Source: Sphaeroforma arctica JP610
Lineage: Eukaryota
Assembly: GCF_001186125.1 (NCBI RefSeq)
Contig: NW_014040323.1
Coordinates: 52,085-98,367, forward strand
Reading direction: 5' to 3'
Length of the DNA: 46,283 nucleotides
In this document: in pieces, positions 11,671-23,175 of the stretch
Position numbering within the stretch: position 1 is the first letter of the stretch
Layout of the letters: each line of letters starts with the position of its first letter
The notes under the pieces: generated by a model
The model's input: the letters and a program-made list of their open reading frames with translations, nothing else
The model's database searches: none
Told to the model about the DNA's origin: nothing
Position numbers and translations under genes: made by a program

Positions 11671-14600
11671 TTATGAACACGTCGAATTTAACTCGGCCTT
11701 TTGTGGCGGGTAGGAATGGGTATACGGGATTTCGAGCGAACAATATGGAATGGGAAACTGAACTTTGTAGATAAATTAATATAGCGATTGTCCCTCCGGC
11801 ACAGCTCAAATGGCCCGTAGAAATAGCGATGAATAGCGTAGAAATAGTAAACTTAACGGGAACAATCGGTATGTTATCTCGACTTGACTTGCACTGTTGT
11901 GTATATCTATATACATATGCAGTACATGTTATATATATATATAACTACCCGTGGTCCGTGGCCGTGGGACCTTGGCCTCGTTAACTTGTGAAGCAGTACC
12001 CCGCTGACCACTACTAGTAGACAGTCAGACAAGGCAAGCAATTGACTCTGCGGCATTGCTTGAACTTTGTAGAGACAGATATGAGATGAGAGTTCTGACT
12101 CTTGAGTAATAATGCAGAACAAATGAAACTGTTCTCCCATCAGTAAACGAATCTTGAAGTTGAAAAAAAACCCAAATTTCAAATCTATCGTCTACAGTTT
12201 CTAATTTACCCTTTTGTAACAAATAAAAAAAGGGATTCATATAGCTAAAATACACTTTGCTGCTTTTTATATATATGGTTCTATGTTTTATTTGGACTTA
12301 CTACCGTCTATGTGTTGGATCTTAGCCAAAATACACTTTGCTACGAGACTTGACACTTGAGACAGCTTGATTACTTGCACATAGAGAGAGAAACACGAAA
12401 CAGTCAAACTATCTTTTAATAAAACTCCTTGAAACCGTCCGATAGGCAGTCCAGAGCAGCACTATAAATTTATATGACAGTTTACTAGATATAGTCAATT
12501 CCTTTTATAGTAGTATAGCACAACACCAATATTTCCAAGATACGCGAGCAAATCCCGAGTATAATTTTACGCTATTTGGTAAACGGCATTGGTCATCAGA
12601 AAGATCAGATTGGTCATTAACAAGTGACGTTAATACAATCTAGATTCGAATGGCATTCCTTGGAGATTTTCTTCCCACCAGATCGTATGTAAATAGCTAA
12701 TTATTGTTAAACTGATAATCTTTATTCAGTGCATATTTTTTTTTGGTGATTTTTAATTTTCATGTATAACTTATAACTCTTAGTACATATCTCAGTAAAC
12801 CCTAAATAACTCTACTTGTCTGCCCATATTATTTTTCTAAAAAAAACACTTTCCGATATTTATTGATCGATAGCGAGTTACTCATAACATCGCACAACTC
12901 GCATAATGGGAGTTGAAAACTGTAAAACAACTAAATCTTTACAACCCAGTTGCGCTCTCAAATCTGGATCTATATATTTTTGTTTTTACTTGTTTCCCAA
13001 AAGCGCGCCGACGTCGCCGAGTCGACAGTCGACACTCGACACTACGTAAATATATATTTTCAAATAGATATTTCATATTCTTTTAATTAAAAAATAGATA
13101 ATACCACGTTTAGTATATATAAAATACTGTATATACTGCCGTCGCTTTACTGTCAGTGCCAGTGCCAGTTACAACTTGCCACTGCCGTAATGCCGGACTT
13201 TGTGTTATTAAACTAACTGCTGTCGAGAACTCGAGACTTAGGCGAACTGTCGACTCTCGAGTGATATCGAGTCGTTGAATTATTTTATAGGTCGACTATC
13301 GTTTACAGTTTCTTGTATTTATGTACCAGCAGACGGATGTACATCACCCTACTCCAGGCCGGACTTTGACAGGGCATACTACTGACCCTATCGTGGAGTT
13401 AGATAGCGGAAACGGCTTGTATTGACTTACTCTTGAATATCACGACAATTTTTCGAAGAAAAAAATGGGGTTTTTTGAGCGCCACCAAAACCTAAAATTT
13501 TAAAAAATTGACCGTTTTGAATATACCATTATGTACACTATTTGGGTCGATATCAGACACTTTTAGAGACAATTATGGCACAATTTTCAATACCCCAAAA
13601 TACCTGACAATTGATATCTTAGAGTCCCCATTGAAATGTGTTTTTCCTCCCACAGTTAGAAAACACTATTATGAGAATTTGCCGAACTATTACTATACTA
13701 TAAGTAGAATGTGTGCAACTTTGTAATTGGCAGCTCTTCTTGTGATAAGCAAGTCGAACAGGTCAAGGCACTTTAGTGATGGCCGGATGAGGGGACACAA
13801 CTTAGGCGACAGACAAACGAACAAGTTTTCTGCAGTTATACAAGATGAAGAATTTGAACCTGATGATATTGAGTTGATTAGTGACGAGGATAGTGCTTCT
13901 GATAGGAAGGAAACTATCGTGGACGTTTTACTAGATGACTAGATAATGGAATGTATTTGAACAAACTATGAGGGGCTGTCTATAAAGGTGCGTCAGCAAG
14001 GACAGACAGAAGAAAGAGATTGAGAGCAAAGAAGATCTGATTCGGAACCGATGGTATAACCATGAAATCTTACTTCAGTATGAACCCAAAGGCAGTAAAC
14101 TCTAACCCCTAAACTCTAATACTCTATCTGACGTCAGTGTTCCCTCTGTGTCAAACCGACGACATAAATCTGTTTAGGCTTTGTAGTCGTATCCTTAGAG
14201 AGTGCCTTCTCTTCGACAATCTCTGCGTATACGTTTCTTTTAAAAGGCTATGGCATATAGCCCTCTTGATACTCGTTGAAGCGGTTTCTTTAGAGTATTT
14301 CAATGTTTTGGACGCCGACTGTCAACAATCAAAATATTGGCCACCACATGGGCTGTCATGGTCCGATATTGGCCGCATCAAAATGGCCGGATTTTTTTTT
14401 CTTCATTGCGGCAATGGCTTCCTTTACACAATCCTAATCACTAACAGTATTCAGTAATCACACTGGATATTTTATTTTTGAAACTTCCAAAAAAAAACCC
14501 CCATTGACAAGTATATTTTTAAGGGTGAGGTAAAGCGGAGCCGTATGTATTTAAAAACTGTAAAGGTTAGGTAAATATATCCGACTGCATGACTGCATCA

Positions 14601-15083
14601 CATAAATAAATAAATATTATGCTTTGATTCGTTTTTTTCTGATAAGAAACAAAGGCTGTTTATGATCTGAGATATGACCTACAGTATTTGTGAACTATGA
14701 CTGTCGGGGGTATCGGGGTTCCGCCAGTAGAAATTTGATATGCTCTAAAAACTAAAAAGAGTTTGCGTAAATAGTTTCTCCTTTTGTTTTAAACATAAAC
14801 AAAAAAACAAAACATTTGTTACAAAAACAAAGATGGGGGGGGGTTTTTTATAAATAAAAAATAGCTTGGTATGTACATATGTATTTAAAAATATGTGTTG
14901 TTTTATTTTTACAACAAAATAAATACTTTAGTTTTTGTTTTTTTTGGTATTCTGTTTTTTACAAAAAACAAAAAACAAAAACAAAAACACAACTTCACAC
15001 GTGAATCACAACTGACATAATCGAAAGCCTAAAAATAATTGCTTGTTCTAGTTTTGATTCTAAATATGAGATATCACTTTCAG

Positions 15084-15098
15084 ACTATAAAAGGTGCA
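15084..15098 (+). promoter_or_regulatory. TATA box of the Cys-rich paralog (pseudogene copy)
   Basis: ACTATAAAAGGTGCA lies ~80 nt upstream of the ATG at 15165. A nearly identical motif (ACTATAAAAGTGCA) lies upstream of the intact paralog on the minus strand. Confidence 0.65.
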
Positions 15099-15164
15099 AT
15101 CTCTCCCGGTTTCTATCTCATATTTTTCCTCGCTATTTAACATTGTCTGTGGAAGTAATACAAG

Positions 15165-16327
15165 ATGCTAGCCGGTACTTCTACTATCGTTGTCTCAATC
15201 CTGCTACTCGCACCAGTAGATGCGTTTCGTTTCCCCCAGCCTGTGAGAAACAGTTGGTCCAGAAGACCTATCTATCCTCCCCGTAGTAACTCTGGTCCCC
15301 GGCGCGGCGCCTATAAGAAAAAGCCAAAAGTTATTATTCCAACAGAAGACGTCTGCTACACGACGTGTTTTTCAGAGACTAACGAGTCGGTGTTCGAAGA
15401 TCTATTCTCAACTGAATCGGTATTTGGAAGCACTTACTGTCACGTCGGTTACGAGCTCGATGAAGACAAGCAAGACACGTACATTGCCAAAGACAACCTC
15501 GAAGACTGCTAGGAAATTTGCTGCAAGAAGATAGAAGAACCAGATACTATCACCTGTCTCTACCATGATATAAAAGCATCTGGGGGTGAACCTGTGTGCG
15601 CAGAGTCCAAGCAGGTGTTAACTCTGATCTCAGCTTTTAAAAGAAGACGGGAGTGTAGTCAGGATCCACATTGTCCAGATGACCAGTCATTCTGTGGCAG
15701 TATTTGCTGTGAAAACCTGGAAGTAGTTGCGATGCGGAGGGTCAGGAATATGTCAGTAACCTGATGTGCGTATGCTATTCTTTGGCTCAGATCAAAAAGG
15801 ACCGAGGATGCAAAGAGTAGAACGATTTCGCATTCGAGAAGACCATGTCAAGTTGCCTCTTGCCTACTGGTGATTACAGCTCTAAAGATTCATACGAAAC
15901 CGAATGCACCAGTGATGATGGCCAACCGGCACTTGAAGCTGAGGCAACACGTCTGAATAATGCGGAATCGGTATTCTGCGAAAGTGACACCCCTGCCAGT
16001 TGGTACTGCCCATACTCTATAGCGTCGACCCCAAGCTCAATAGCCATTGACGGAATGTGCGCCGCATATGAACAACATACCGCATATTTTGGGCAATATA
16101 CTGACAAGACGTGTTATGCCGTCAACGAGTATGCCAAGGAGAGGGCTTTGTCCGATAAGAGTTTGCCCGCTACTTTCGACAACGATGAAGGACGCGAGGT
16201 ATATGAACGCACCGTTGCAGCGCAGTTCAAGCAAGTGAAGAAGAAGGGTTGCCTGTATCCTTTCGAAACTAGGTACGATTACCCCTATTACTGTGGATAC
16301 CCCAGTAAGGGAAAGTGTAAATTCTGA
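15165..16327 (+). pseudogene. Disrupted paralog of the secreted Cys-rich protein at 26741-27895
   Basis: Colinear with the intact copy over its full length. It carries CAG>TAG at 15510-15512, a 1-nt deletion near 15618, CAA>TAA near 15638, a second 1-nt deletion near 15714, and TCG>TAG at 15818-15820. Confidence 0.9.
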
Positions 16328-16659
16328 GGAGGGAGCGCGATGAACACAATATTGATACATGAGAACAAACTTGAGAAGTCGACATTCTCCACTCTTCAAG
16401 TTACATACCCATGTAAATTAGTTGTGCAATGTATTCCATATTGAACAATTACTTGCGAAATTGAAAACCACCGGATGATCGTTAAATTTGGTGAGACCTT
16501 GGCATTCCAAATAAAAAGCTTCAAAATATCAAAGAATCAGTGATATCTGTACGGGGTAGATTAATATATGCTCCGTATCTTAATTTTCGCCACAAACTAT
16601 CTGAAAGTATCAATTAATTGCAGATATAATTGTGTGGTTCGAACAGTTATAAATCTCAT

Positions 16660-16681
16660 GTATATATATATACATATATAC

Positions 16682-16735
<54 letters not shown>

Positions 16736-17442
16736 NNNNNNNNNNNNNNNNNNNNNNNNNNNNNNNNNNNNNNNNNNNNNNNNNNNNNNNNNNNNNNNNN
16801 NNNNNNNNNNNNNNNNNNNNNNNNNNNNNNNNNNNNNNNNNNNNNNNNNNNNNNNNNNNNNNNNNNNNNNNNNNNNNNNNNNNNNNNNNNNNNNNNNNNN
16901 NNNNNNNNNNNNNNNNNNNNNNNNNNNNNNNNNNNNNNNNNNNNNNNNNNNNNNNNNNNNNNNNNNNNNNNNNNNNNNNNNNNNNNNNNNNNNNNNNNNN
17001 NNNNNNNNNNNNNNNNNNNNNNNNNNNNNNNNNNNNNNNNNNNNNNNNNNNNNNNNNNNNNNNNNNNNNNNNNNNNNNNNNNNNNNNNNNNNNNNNNNNN
17101 NNNNNNNNNNNNNNNNNNNNNNNNNNNNNNNNNNNNNNNNNNNNNNNNNNNNNNNNNNNNNNNNNNNNNNNNNNNNNNNNNNNNNNNNNNNNNNNNNNNN
17201 NNNNNNNNNNNNNNNNNNNNNNNNNNNNNNNNNNNNNNNNNNNNNNNNNNNNNNNNNNNNNNNNNNNNNNNNNNNNNNNNNNNNNNNNNNNNNNNNNNNN
17301 NNNNNNNNNNNNNNNNNNNNNNNNNNNNNNNNNNNNNNNNNNNNNNNNNNNNNNNNNNNNNNNNNNNNNNNNNNNNNNNNNNNNNNNNNNNNNNNNNNNN
17401 NNNNNNNNNNNNNNNNNNNNNNNNNNNNNNNNNNNNNNNNNN

Positions 17443-17477
<35 letters not shown>

Positions 17478-17490
17478 TATATATATATAT
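16660..17490. repeat. (TA)n/(TG)n microsatellite around an assembly gap
   Basis: TG runs on both sides of the N-run 16736-17442. Confidence 0.9.
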
Positions 17491-17828
17491 AAGAGAACCG
17501 TATAACTGTTACAATACGTAGTGCGATGGTATACTACATACAGTAGTCTTTCACTGGCACTCTTTATTGGTTATGTGTATAATTCACAATTAGTGCGTCG
17601 TGCGCATGTGTGCATGATCGAACCTCCTGCGCACATTCTAAAGTCGTGCACGAGTCTGTTACCATCGGCGATTCAAATCTTACTCTTCGTCCGGGTAGAT
17701 GTATTTACAAATGCGCTTGAATACATGCACAGCTATGTTTTTTTACGAGTACATATGATTGTTCACTTCTATTCCAGGAACCGATGGCAATCCAAAACTA
17801 CAACTATCCATGTTGCTCCTACCTGACT

Positions 17829-20800
17829 CTATGACAACCCTTGTCGCTGGCGCATCAGTGCTTCCCGCCTTTTCCTGTACGCGTCCAAGCACTTCTTGAA
17901 TTGGCTGGACGACCGAAACCCGAAACGGATCGTATTCAGCAGGAAATCGCCCACTATCTCCTTCACCTCAGAGAAGAGCTTCGAATTCAGCAGAGGATTG
18001 CGCGGAGATGATACACCCAATCCTTTACTACTACTGACACTGTTGTTCGTGATCGTAGTGCTATTACTATTGGTGTGGGTACCTGCATCGCCCATATTCG
18101 AGGTGCTGCTGTCCGTATGGTCCAACGAATTTCTTTTCGGTTTGACAGTGGGTGTGCCAGCGATACTGCTAGGCGTTCTGTCAATAGGCGTTCTATCCAC
18201 AGAATCAATCTGATTGGATGTTGGCCGAGCCTCCACCACACTCCCAGAAGAAGAATTAGGCTTCGAACCTTTGATCCTTGCCAGCTGAGGCACACTCGCT
18301 TTCAATGCTTGTGCATCACTAAACACCTTGATCAACCTACCACGAGCCTCATGTGATATATTCACCGACATGATCGCATTAGGAGCAATAAAGTTCTTGT
18401 ATATCAACTTCGCTTTGGCCTCAACTTGTTCCGTTACCTGTGCGATAGGCCAGGCTAGCTGGCCCATACCGCCCATGGTATAACCCAGCGCTAAAACTCT
18501 TTCCAAGCTACTACTAGTCGCGTTGAACACAGTGGTGTTATTCAGCATATTCTCAAACTCGATGATTGCTTCGTAGCACAACAAATTCTCACTATTCCAA
18601 CAGCTAACGGAATACTCCAGCAATGCTTGCCTCAATATGGGGTCACTCAGGACCAGCTCCAGATTGAACCGCGCAGCCGGTAACACCGTAAGAGAGGACG
18701 AAAGCACACGCTCGTTTGCGCCTAAAACAAAATTCTGACTGGCGGCTCCGTGCATATTCCAATTCACATTTGGATTGGCATTCATATTTGGGGATGCAAT
18801 CGTATCATTCCCGTCATATTGGGGGGTGTTTGAGCTAGCACTAGTACGGGCAAAACGCCTCGCTGTATGTGGGCTGTGAGTTCCCCAATCGGAAATTCGG
18901 GCCATAGTCTGTCTCAATCTCTCGCGTTTACTACCATTGTGTGTATGGTTCGTGGTATGGTTATTAGTAATTTGGGGTTGGACAGGAGGTGTTCTCAATG
19001 CTTGATCTACCAACAAGCTCTCCTTGGTCCTAAGGAAATCTCGTCTTCCCATAATTGTGTTAGTATTAGTGTCAGTACATGTAGTGGTATTACTATTGGT
19101 GTTCACGTTGATATTGGTACCAGTCCCAAAATGGGATACGCCATCCGGGGTCGGCAACTCCTTAACCGCGCCATGACTCGTATCAACGCCCACTCTAGGT
19201 CTATATAAGGAACTTTCGGCGGTTTGATGATCACCCCTATCTTCATTGCCCCTACTGCCATGTATCAAAACATGCGGAATATGTATGTGCTTGGATGCTC
19301 CAAGGTGTGTGTGCCGACCACCGGAGGCATCGAACCCACTACGAAAGGGTCGTTTAATAGCCTCCACAAACCTGTGTACCACACCCATATGCTTGTCCTC
19401 TTCCCCATCGTCTTGCACACCACCGTCTTCAATTTCATCGCTTCCCAACGCAAGCGTACTTTCTTGGGCATGCATGTCTCTGAGCGGCCCCTGGCCTCGT
19501 GTCCGCACAGCCGGGAAATTCAGAGTACTCGTTTCCAGCCCTACGCCCATATGATCATACGCCTCACCCGTCTCCTGACTGTCCTGCGACGGATTTCTTA
19601 TTGAAGCCGGGGTTTCCTCCGATAAACTGCGCTTAGTCGTGTAATTGGGCCCCTCTAGGGCTGATTTGTCCAACTCCCTATCGTAGTCATCACTACTACC
19701 AATATCTTCCTCCAGCGTTTTAGCTGCGCACAAACTGCCGGCTAGCAGTATAGAGTGTCCCAAAGAATTCCCACTCATGCTCGCAGTGGGGCCTATATTT
19801 GTAGTACTATTGATGCTACTTGTCGTTGTCTTGACGCTGTGGCTTGTGCTGATGTACGATCCCTTCCTGGACTCAGCCGATGGCGGGCCGGAAGTAAACA
19901 TCGGTACTGAATGGATGGACGTGCGCGATGCGCTCATGCTGGAACGGTTTCCCATCCCACTTGAGCCTTGTCCTGTTTGCATATTCCCTAAGCCAAGCCC
20001 TACAGCACTTCTACCCATTAAGGCAATACCGTTCGCCTGGTCGACATCGCTGTGGCTGCTGTCATGGTACCCTTCGCCGTTTGCTTTGATGGCAAGTTCG
20101 TGGAGCTCCGTCTGGTTTAGCATGTGGATGTCACCAAAATTCCCCATGGGGCCAAAGATATCCCCTAAATCCGGATTGAACAGAAAGTAATGCATCCACA
20201 GAGCCATCATAACCGGCACAACAAGCAGCGGTAAGGAATATGACAGATCCATGACATAGGTACCGATACTATTGTCCGACGACGACCAAAAATCCATCAC
20301 TGTATTGAGATTCACCACCACGTCGACGCCCATGCACACCATGTACGTGTACGTCGTGACAGATTGGAAGTAGCCGTCCTTGACTATAGCAATATAAGGC
20401 ACTGCTGAGACCACCACAATCAGCAGATATACGAAGAACATGTAATTGTTGATTTGTTGCCCTGTGTGTGTCAGACACAGACTGGGATCCGTGATACGGG
20501 TCTCCAGACACCGCTCCTGTGTTGACTGAGCGACTGCTTCCGCGTCCACCACAAAGAACATAGGCAGGAAGTGCAGGGTTCCCGCAATAGTCGTGAATGC
20601 TGCAACTGTGGCCCAGTTCATCAGCCACTGCCAGTGCCGCATTAACCACGGCGCGTCTGGGTCTATTTCGTCACTGTCTGTGACCTCTACGACATAGGAC
20701 TCTCTCGAGAGCGCCGCTATTGAACTGTCTGAGGGGTTGTACGCATTAACCTGTGCGTGTTTAGGCTCGGAGACCGTTTCAGACTCGTCCTCGTGCTCGT

Positions 20801-22784
20801 GGTCGCCGTCGTTATGGTTCCCATCTTCGTATTCCTCTCCCGCCAGTACGATATCCATGGAACTTTCGTGGTCCCACATTGTACCGATATCTCTATCCCG
20901 TGGTGATCCATAGGTAGTACTGAAGTCTGACCGTGCCATACTACTACGTATTTCCCCTTGCCCTTCGGTTTGTATTTGGTACGGTTGATTTGGTCTGTGC
21001 TTGTCCTGTTGGTGTTTACCAGGGTCGGTGCTGGTTTGACCAGTATGGTTGTCATCCATAAAACTAATGCTCTTCTTGTCCGAGTCTCGATGCTCACAAT
21101 CACTCATACTAACTGGACGGCGGGATTGCGGCAATTCAACCATACTCAGGGACTCCACCTTCACATTAACACGTGCATTATTCTCGCACGTACACGTATC
21201 TCGACAAGTGTGTTTGTGGCAGCTGTTCGCAGGTTTCGTACCTACATACTCACCACTCAGGGAAGTATCCATAGTCTTACTGTCACCCATCTGAGCACCA
21301 TCTCCTTCCGCATTTGTACTGGCATGAGTGTCAGCGATGACATTCGTATGCCTGTGCTTATTCGTATGTGCTGTGGCACCATCGTATTTGTATGCACCCG
21401 AACCCAGCTGTGAACCCCCACCTTCCTCTTTGCCACGGTTCCCCTCAGCCTCCTCCGACCACGCACCACCAGCCATGCCGCACTCGCACACAAACGAATC
21501 ACCAATGCACACATTCACACGCCCACACGCAGGGCATCCGCAATTCACAACCCCGGCTGCATTTGCCGGTACGGACAGTCGATGCGCAACATCTGGCGAT
21601 CTATCGGGCCTCGTACACCCCGAATTCACGGACATAGTACCACACTGACTGGCACCGTTACTATTATACAATCCACCTTTTCTGCGAATGACTGTCTCCT
21701 TACTATCGCCCCCTCTGCCACTAGTACTCCCATCAATGGTGGGACTGGTCTGTGGGGTTAGGCTGAGCACATTATGCGCATACTCGCCTCGCCGGTCACA
21801 TTCATACGACCTCTGCCGGGACATGGATCGTGCCAGATGCTTGCGTTTGTCGAAATACACAGCTGCATCGCTCATAGTTCTATGCACCAGACTCCTCTTC
21901 CTATTGGTATTGCCGTCACCTTCCTCTGCATCCACGTCACTCTTGGCCCCACTGGCGGCCCATTTTCCGTCCTCTTTCACGGATTGACTCAAGTACGGGC
22001 GCTTGTTCCTGTGTGACCGTCGCAGAGGCGGTGATCGGCTTAGCCCCTGAAATATCTTAGATCCTGTACTGCTATAACCAACGGTCCTATCACTAGTAGT
22101 CGTCCGCGCCCTCTGGCGTCTAATGATTTCCTTCCAATGCTCAGAGCTACCACTTACATCGAATACATCGCAGTCTTGGTCTTTGTGAAGAAGTATTTGT
22201 CGTGCTATACTTGATTGCCAATTCGCGGGAAGGTTTATCTCTATCTGAGGTATGTTGGTAGCGTATTGTACATTCATGAGGGCTAGTTTGTATGCTAATG
22301 TCTGGTGCCACAGATAAAGGCAGTAAACAGGCCCCACCATGTATATACCTAACCATCTAATCAGCATAGACGGATACGAGCACACCCAGTCTGCATCAAT
22401 TGCACACATGGTGAAGATGAAGCCATCTAAGATAAACCACGCGCTAATCACAAACGGCATGGCGTACGACCGATGTACCAGCGGCTCCCACTTGCGGAAT
22501 ACAATTAGGGCTGTGACGCCTATAATGAACCATATCATGCGAGACAGACTCGTCCAGTACTGCTCGTGATCCACAAAGGTCTCGCACTCATAGCTCTCTT
22601 GTGTGTGTGTTGATGTTGTGCCGCTACGATAGTCGAAATGCTCATTCGTTTGTACATAAGTATCTTGGTCAGTGTCATCAGCTGCGAAGCGCCGAGTCAG
22701 GTGGTATACGTATGACAAAATGTCTGCACTTTTACCAGAACTGACTTCCGGGGGCCTTGAAGGCGTGAGAAAGGGTGCGTACAT
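17829..22784 (-). CDS. Seven-transmembrane RGS-domain protein (7TM-RGS), ~1650 aa, encoded essentially by one giant exon
   Basis: 1653-codon ORF. It has three hydrophobic segments near the N-terminus, a ~550-aa hydrophilic loop, then four more hydrophobic segments. The C-terminal RGS domain (~18668-17880) shows LELVLSDP..ALLEY....WNSENLLCYEAIIEF, AKLIYKNFIAPNAIMSVNIS and LFSEVKEIVGDFLLNTIRFGFRSSSQF. A possible small first exon at 23263-23211 splices in phase to 22755. Confidence 0.88.
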   Translation of the reverse strand: MYAPFLTPSRPPEVSSGKSADILSYVYHLTRRFAADDTDQDTYVQTNEHFDYRSGTTSTHTQESYECETFVDHEQYWTSLSRMIWFIIGVTALIVFRKWEPLVHRSYAMPFVISAWFILDGFIFTMCAIDADWVCSYPSMLIRWLGIYMVGPVYCLYLWHQTLAYKLALMNVQYATNIPQIEINLPANWQSSIARQILLHKDQDCDVFDVSGSSEHWKEIIRRQRARTTTSDRTVGYSSTGSKIFQGLSRSPPLRRSHRNKRPYLSQSVKEDGKWAASGAKSDVDAEEGDGNTNRKRSLVHRTMSDAAVYFDKRKHLARSMSRQRSYECDRRGEYAHNVLSLTPQTSPTIDGSTSGRGGDSKETVIRRKGGLYNSNGASQCGTMSVNSGCTRPDRSPDVAHRLSVPANAAGVVNCGCPACGRVNVCIGDSFVCECGMAGGAWSEEAEGNRGKEEGGGSQLGSGAYKYDGATAHTNKHRHTNVIADTHASTNAEGDGAQMGDSKTMDTSLSGEYVGTKPANSCHKHTCRDTCTCENNARVNVKVESLSMVELPQSRRPVSMSDCEHRDSDKKSISFMDDNHTGQTSTDPGKHQQDKHRPNQPYQIQTEGQGEIRSSMARSDFSTTYGSPRDRDIGTMWDHESSMDIVLAGEEYEDGNHNDGDHEHEDESETVSEPKHAQVNAYNPSDSSIAALSRESYVVEVTDSDEIDPDAPWLMRHWQWLMNWATVAAFTTIAGTLHFLPMFFVVDAEAVAQSTQERCLETRITDPSLCLTHTGQQINNYMFFVYLLIVVVSAVPYIAIVKDGYFQSVTTYTYMVCMGVDVVVNLNTVMDFWSSSDNSIGTYVMDLSYSLPLLVVPVMMALWMHYFLFNPDLGDIFGPMGNFGDIHMLNQTELHELAIKANGEGYHDSSHSDVDQANGIALMGRSAVGLGLGNMQTGQGSSGMGNRSSMSASRTSIHSVPMFTSGPPSAESRKGSYISTSHSVKTTTSSINSTTNIGPTASMSGNSLGHSILLAGSLCAAKTLEEDIGSSDDYDRELDKSALEGPNYTTKRSLSEETPASIRNPSQDSQETGEAYDHMGVGLETSTLNFPAVRTRGQGPLRDMHAQESTLALGSDEIEDGGVQDDGEEDKHMGVVHRFVEAIKRPFRSGFDASGGRHTHLGASKHIHIPHVLIHGSRGNEDRGDHQTAESSLYRPRVGVDTSHGAVKELPTPDGVSHFGTGTNINVNTNSNTTTCTDTNTNTIMGRRDFLRTKESLLVDQALRTPPVQPQITNNHTTNHTHNGSKRERLRQTMARISDWGTHSPHTARRFARTSASSNTPQYDGNDTIASPNMNANPNVNWNMHGAASQNFVLGANERVLSSSLTVLPAARFNLELVLSDPILRQALLEYSVSCWNSENLLCYEAIIEFENMLNNTTVFNATSSSLERVLALGYTMGGMGQLAWPIAQVTEQVEAKAKLIYKNFIAPNAIMSVNISHEARGRLIKVFSDAQALKASVPQLARIKGSKPNSSSGSVVEARPTSNQIDSVDRTPIDRTPSSIAGTPTVKPKRNSLDHTDSSTSNMGDAGTHTNSNSTTITNNSVSSSKGLGVSSPRNPLLNSKLFSEVKEIVGDFLLNTIRFGFRSSSQFKKCLDAYRKRREALMRQRQGLS

Positions 22785-22814
22785 AATCAAACTCCGAATA
22801 TGTCATGTATTTAC

Positions 22815-22870
22815 TTATATATATTTATATATGTATATACCTATATATATATATATATTAAAAATATTTA

Positions 22871-22921
<51 letters not shown>

Positions 22922-23124
22922 TATATANATATATATACCTACTATATAGACAACGATATATATATATATATATATATACGATATATATGTGTGTGTATGT
23001 TTGTGTGTGTTTGTGTGTGTGTACTTGTATATGTGTGTATGTGTACACACGGGTATACTTGAATATGTATGTATGTATGTGTGTGTGGGTATATATATAG
23101 ATATATATATAAATATATAGATAG

Positions 23125-23175
<51 letters not shown>
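22815..23175. repeat. (TA)n/(TG)n microsatellite, probably inside the first intron of the 7TM-RGS gene
   Basis: Visible dinucleotide runs between a candidate donor (23210) and acceptor (22756) on the minus strand. Confidence 0.85.

Noticed and set aside
11019..11809. Several Y/I/M/C/V-rich ORFs (also 1177-1545, 22815-23203, 26180-26368)
   Set aside because: They are translations of (TA)n/(TG)n/(TACA)n microsatellites.
11940..12020. GC-rich patch ending in CTAGT, considered as a Helitron 3' end
   Set aside because: There is no convincing hairpin at the expected distance from CTAG and no Rep/helicase remnants.
13460..14510. Acidic ORF (DEEFEPDDIELISDEDS) between short AATGGGGTTTTTT / AAAAAACCCCCATT inverted motifs, considered as a transposon relic
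   Set aside because: The inverted match is short and low-complexity, and no transposase motif or TSD is identifiable; too weak to call.
17896..22569. Numerous plus-strand ORFs overlapping the 7TM-RGS gene (likewise 8621-9286 and 43211-45171)
   Set aside because: They are antisense shadows of long coding exons with no recognisable protein features.
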